Below are positions 60,171-64,000 of a stretch of DNA of 64,000 nucleotides, one piece after another. Both the position numbers and the translations under genes were made by a program. Source of the DNA: Candidatus Bathyarchaeota archaeon (lineage in GTDB: Archaea > Thermoproteota > Bathyarchaeia > Bathyarchaeales > Bathycorpusculaceae). Where the stretch lies: contig CAVYES010000002.1 in the NCBI GenBank assembly GCA_963767735.1, positions 1 to 64,000 of the forward strand. The letters are read 5' to 3'. The notes under the pieces are model-generated. The model had not been told where the DNA came from, searched no databases, and saw only the letters and a program-made list of their open reading frames with translations. Each line of letters opens with the position of its first letter. The stretch's first letter is position 1.

Positions 60171-61531
60171 TTCATTTCAGCCTCAACTTGTTTCTCTATT
60201 ACTTCTGCAGCTTTTTCAGTTATATCATTTGCCACCGCTAAAGATTCTCCTTCAACAGTTAAACGTATGAGAGGTTCCGTTCCAGAAGCCCGAACCAGCA
60301 ACCAACCATGCTTTAGCGCTAACCGAACGCCGTCAACTGTTGAGAAATCAGTGTAATCTGGGAACTCTGTTTTTAAGAAAACCCCAATTTTTTCCACTGC
60401 TTCATACTTCTGCTCATTTTTGCACTTGATGTTTTCTCTTTGAGTAATGTATTCTGGAACGGCGGAGATGAACTCGCTTAAACTTTTGTTTTCGTCCTCT
60501 AAAGCCTTCAACATTAGTGCTGCAGAAAGCGGTCCATCAGGACAATAATGACTCTGCGGATGCACCCAAGCGCCGCAAGGTTCACCGCCGAAAACTGCAC
60601 CCGACTGCTTAATCGCTTCTGAAATGTAAATATCCCCGACTCGGGTGCGGATGACTCGACCGCCTTGCGCTTGCACCATAGTTTCAATGCACATGGAGGC
60701 TTCAACGTTTGTTACTACTGTTCCGCCGCTACTTTGCTTAAGGGCGTAAGCAGCATACGCCGCCAATGAACGGTCAAAGTTGACGAAGGCGCCCTTCTCA
60801 TCGACGAAGGCTACTCGGTCGCCGTCACCGTCAAAAGCGATTCCCACGTCTGCGCCAAGTGTTTTTACAATATTTGCCAAATCTTCGAGTGATTCAGCGG
60901 TCGGCTCAGATTTTCGGGCTGGAAAATACCCGTCAGGTTGAGCGTTAAGAGCAGTTACCTTGCAGCCTAGGGCTTTGAGGATTGAAGGGGCAATGTTGAA
61001 GGTGGCGCCGCATCCTGGGTCAACGACAACTCGCCAGTTTTTTTTGAGAGGGGCAGCTTTCAACGCCATTTGCGTGTAGATTTTACTTACGTCAACAGGG
61101 GTGGTTTTGCCGATACTTCGCCATTCTGCCAGAGCAAAAGCTCCCTTTGACACGTTTTTTTCTACAGCATCTTGCTCCTCGTCAGTATATGATAGGGTGT
61201 CGCTCCTGAACACCTTTATTCCGTTATATTGAGGCGGGTTATGCGAGGCAGTAAGCATGAACCCAACGTCAGCCCCCAAGGCTCTGGTAGCATAGGCTAA
61301 CGCAGGCGTGGGAACCATACCAGCCAAAAGAACATCTGCGCCGCTGGACAACAAACCTGAAACTAAGGCGTCCTCAAGCATGCTTCCTGAAACTCGAGTG
61401 TCACGGGCTACAACTGCTTTTTTGGCTTTTGCGTACGCAGCTACTGCTGAGCCGACTTTGCATGCTAGCTGTGGCGTTAAATCAACATTCGCCAGTCCCC
61501 TTACACCTGAACTTCCAAACAGTTTAGCCAT
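60167..61531 (-). CDS. glmM: phosphoglucosamine mutase
   Basis: LFGSSGVRG, TASHNP, FDGDGDR, RASGTEP; upstream of glmU. Confidence 0.9.
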   Translation of the reverse strand: MAKLFGSSGVRGLANVDLTPQLACKVGSAVAAYAKAKKAVVARDTRVSGSMLEDALVSGLLSSGADVLLAGMVPTPALAYATRALGADVGFMLTASHNPPQYNGIKVFRSDTLSYTDEEQDAVEKNVSKGAFALAEWRSIGKTTPVDVSKIYTQMALKAAPLKKNWRVVVDPGCGATFNIAPSILKALGCKVTALNAQPDGYFPARKSEPTAESLEDLANIVKTLGADVGIAFDGDGDRVAFVDEKGAFVNFDRSLAAYAAYALKQSSGGTVVTNVEASMCIETMVQAQGGRVIRTRVGDIYISEAIKQSGAVFGGEPCGAWVHPQSHYCPDGPLSAALMLKALEDENKSLSEFISAVPEYITQRENIKCKNEQKYEAVEKIGVFLKTEFPDYTDFSTVDGVRLALKHGWLLVRASGTEPLIRLTVEGESLAVANDITEKAAEVIEKQVEAEMK

Positions 61532-61681
61532 CTTTGCCCAACCTGACTTATTTGTTAAATGCTAAAGAAAAGCTGCTTAAAAATAATTGTGGGATGCAAG
61601 GCGGCTTTTTCAAAGATGGAATGGATTTGGTTTTTTTGGAATATTTTTTGCCAATTTTTTGATCACAAATAGCAGGTGGGT

Positions 61682-62251
61682 CTATACAGCGTGAGACTCA
61701 CCTTTTACCATTACTTTTTCGGGATGAAACTGAACGCCGTAGAATGGTTTGATTCTATGTTTGACTGCTTCCACTTTGCATGAAGGAGAATCTGCAAGAA
61801 GGATAAAACCTGCTTCGTCTAGGCTTTCTTTCAACACATAATCGTGGTGATTTTCAACTAGGATTGGCTGCGTAAAACCCGCAAATAACTCGTCACCTGT
61901 GATTACATTAATCTTCTCGAACTTGTCAAGGACGGGTGGATTAAGGTTGCCTACTCTTGCGCCATGTGCCAAACAAAGCAGTTGATGACCAAAGCAAATG
62001 CCCAACATTGGCTGACTGCACCTTTTTATCAGATCAACAGTTCTTTCAAACATGGATACATATGAATCGTAAATTATTCTGGCTGCAGATCCACTCAAGA
62101 CGACTGCATCTATATGCTTGTCAACTTGAAAGTCAGCATCTATTCTTCTAAAGTGGATAAATTTATAGTTACTAAACTTACTGATTGCGTCGAGCAAAAC
62201 TTTGTTTTCAACATCCTTCAGGGAGCAATTAATAATTAAAGTTCTTGTCAT
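61682..62251 (-). CDS. class I glutamine amidotransferase (GuaA-like), C-terminus possibly truncated
   Basis: GICFGHQ and GVQFHPE triad motifs. Confidence 0.85.
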   Translation of the reverse strand: MTRTLIINCSLKDVENKVLLDAISKFSNYKFIHFRRIDADFQVDKHIDAVVLSGSAARIIYDSYVSMFERTVDLIKRCSQPMLGICFGHQLLCLAHGARVGNLNPPVLDKFEKINVITGDELFAGFTQPILVENHHDYVLKESLDEAGFILLADSPSCKVEAVKHRIKPFYGVQFHPEKVMVKGESHAV

Positions 62252-62453
62252 GCCCTTACCTCTATAGTATAGTCTGTGATTATATTCTTGATATTGAAAT
62301 ATGCCTTTTAAGCGTTAGAGACACTTGGTTATTTGAGGAGAAAGGAGAGCTTCTCAGAAACGAGAAGGGGAAATTCCCCTATTACTTTTAGAATTGGAGT
62401 TTTAAGCCAAAACACTAACTAGTATTTGGCTGGTTTTTGCATAATATTTTAAG

Positions 62454-62735
62454 TTATGATGGTAGTCTGAGATTAACGTTTCTGCCTTTATGAGTCTCAT
62501 TCACCACAACTTCAACTGGTCTATTGCAATAGGGGCAAGATAGCTTAGTAAATACCTCGTAAGTGTATTTAAAGGGTAATCTTGTTCTCTCTTTGTCAGT
62601 CTTAATAGTTTTATCTAAACTAACTTCTCTTGAACCTTCACCTTGGTTTATCCGAACCTGAATTCTTAGTTCCTTGCTTCTATCAGACCCTATACAATCT
62701 GAGTATGGACACAACAAATGATTTCTAACTAACAT
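62454..62735 (-). CDS. small zinc-ribbon protein
   Basis: CPYSDC...CPYC; AAGGA SD. Confidence 0.6.
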   Translation of the reverse strand: MLVRNHLLCPYSDCIGSDRSKELRIQVRINQGEGSREVSLDKTIKTDKERTRLPFKYTYEVFTKLSCPYCNRPVEVVVNETHKGRNVNLRLPS

Positions 62736-62939
62736 TTTCGTTATCCTTATTTTCCTTTAGATTTGGGTTCTAATTCCTTTTCTGTTCATTTTAATGGAAT
62801 TTATTCTACGCTATGCAGATTTAAGACTTATCTTTATGGAAACTTGGCTAAATACCACGAGTAACAAGGGGTTACTAAGTTATTGAAATGTTTGTTAAGT
62901 GCAAAAAGACCTATTCCGAAATATTCCCAAGTTTGAAAC

Positions 62940-62973
62940 ATGGCTTATATAATATTCTCTAATCATAAGCCAT
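62940..62973. promoter_or_regulatory. 9-bp inverted repeat overlapping a TATA box
   Basis: ATGGCTTAT-N16-ATAAGCCAT with TTATATAA at 62945. Confidence 0.5.
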
Positions 62974-63100
62974 TGGAGAAGGACGAGAAGAAAGGGAGAG
63001 CTAACGGGAGAAAACTCCATGCACCAAGGGTAGGAAAATTCCAATCTCTTGCCTCGCTTCTCCAAAAATAGCGCGCTAGGGTTAAATTGTTGGAGTTTGG

Positions 63101-63229
63101 ATGAAAATGGAAAGAGACACGGACGAAAAGGAAGGATACAATTCAGTTAAAATATGGTTAGGAATAATTGGGGTTTGCGCGGTTTTTTCAGTTATCGGCT
63201 ATTTCGGCTATCTATTATTTGCCCGCTAA
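63101..63229 (+). CDS. 42-aa single-TM microprotein (not in ORF track)
   Basis: GGAG SD; MKMERDTDEKEGYNSVKIWLGIIGVCAVFSVIGYFGYLLFAR*. Confidence 0.55.
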   Translation: MKMERDTDEKEGYNSVKIWLGIIGVCAVFSVIGYFGYLLFAR

Positions 63230-63418
63230 ATAAAAAATTGTTAAGGAAAAGGTAAGAATGCACAAGCCCTTTCCCCATCAGCATCACGCCGTAAAGGGAA
63301 AGCTATCCTAGACATGATTCTAAATTCCAACCACATTAAAGAAAGTTTCAATGAGTAGGTCTTATTCGGAGGATTTTGTGAAGGAATTTGTGAGTTAAGA
63401 AATAAGGAAATTGTGGAT

Positions 63419-63712
63419 TTAATAGGGAATTGCGGGCAGGTTTCTTGCTTCCTCTACTAAGGGTAGCACTTGTTTTAGTTCTTTAAAGTACTTCAAAACA
63501 GTTATTCCACGTTGAGTAACAGCGTAAACTATTCGTTGTTTTCTGATTGTGCGTTCTTCAACCAAGCCTTGTTTTAGCAGGAAGTCAAGGTACTCTTTTA
63601 GGACACTAAAGTTAACGTTCGCTTTATACATGATATGCGTTACCTTCAGCGGTCCCCGTTGTGCTAGGACTTGAAGAATATCAACGTACATTTCTAGTTT
63701 GGAACGCTTCAT
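63419..63712 (-). CDS. winged helix-turn-helix protein (archaeal HTH_45-like)
   Basis: MKRSKLEMY..IL...THIMYKANVN...YL..L...VTQRG. Confidence 0.9.
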   Translation of the reverse strand: MKRSKLEMYVDILQVLAQRGPLKVTHIMYKANVNFSVLKEYLDFLLKQGLVEERTIRKQRIVYAVTQRGITVLKYFKELKQVLPLVEEARNLPAIPY

Positions 63713-64000
63713 ATTAATCGTCTCAATGTTAGTCTAAAATCAGAATTAACGATATGTGTGTAGTGAAAAACATATTCATTTGACTTAGCTTAACGTTTGA
63801 AAGATTTGATAAACTGGAAGATGAAAAGCAGGCTCGCTCTATAAAAACGATATTAATGCTGATTTAGTTAAATCTGGGTGTCTGGTAAGTATTCGTTACA
63901 AGAGAGATAATTATTTGTTATTTGGACACTCCTGTTGATTTACTATCGTGTGGAGTGCAGCTGTCAAATATTACGCCTTTCTTAGTCTTGTTAAAGTAAC

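Noticed and set aside
1854-62151. Numerous 60-200-aa ORFs antisense to or overlapping well-supported genes (e.g. 14987-15469, 15860-16459, 18180-18611, 59353-59751)
   Set aside because: Shadow ORFs without motifs, explained by coding bias on the opposite strand
63264-63304. Imperfect inverted repeat AGCCCTTTCCC...GGGAAAGCT downstream of the wHTH gene
   Set aside because: A single modest hairpin that cannot be told from a terminator or chance without comparative data

Overview
Archaeal chromosomal segment, most likely Bathyarchaeia (TACK). This is inferred from tiaS, tgtA, endA, SmAP3, PAC2, short purA, the grpE-dnaK-dnaJ cluster, expanded stand-alone Lrp/AsnC ligand-binding domains and the style of the surface proteins. 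Housekeeping genes include endA, pyrG, tiaS, alaS, grpE/dnaK/dnaJ, acs+satP, purA, tgtA and glmM/glmU. Many genes are split by single-base frameshifts, probably assembly errors, while asnS looks genuinely decayed. Highlights: (1) a dispersed element present three times (about 23.2-23.5 kb minus, 33.6-33.8 kb plus, 53.5-53.9 kb plus), made of a conserved ~55-bp leader, a 5-6-unit 10-bp-period direct-repeat array whose unit differs in each copy, and an AbrB/MraZ-like gene remnant; (2) a gene cluster for a double-cubane (DCCP)-like reductase with a split BzdP/BzdQ-type ATPase activator, an unannotated BzdM-like ferredoxin, a NapH-type membrane Fe-S protein and a large CARDB surface protein; (3) a tnpA-only IS200/IS605 element with intact end hairpins; (4) many unannotated microproteins, some with non-canonical starts, and several candidate structured RNAs. 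No rRNA, tRNA or CRISPR array was seen. All family assignments come from motif recognition, not database searches.
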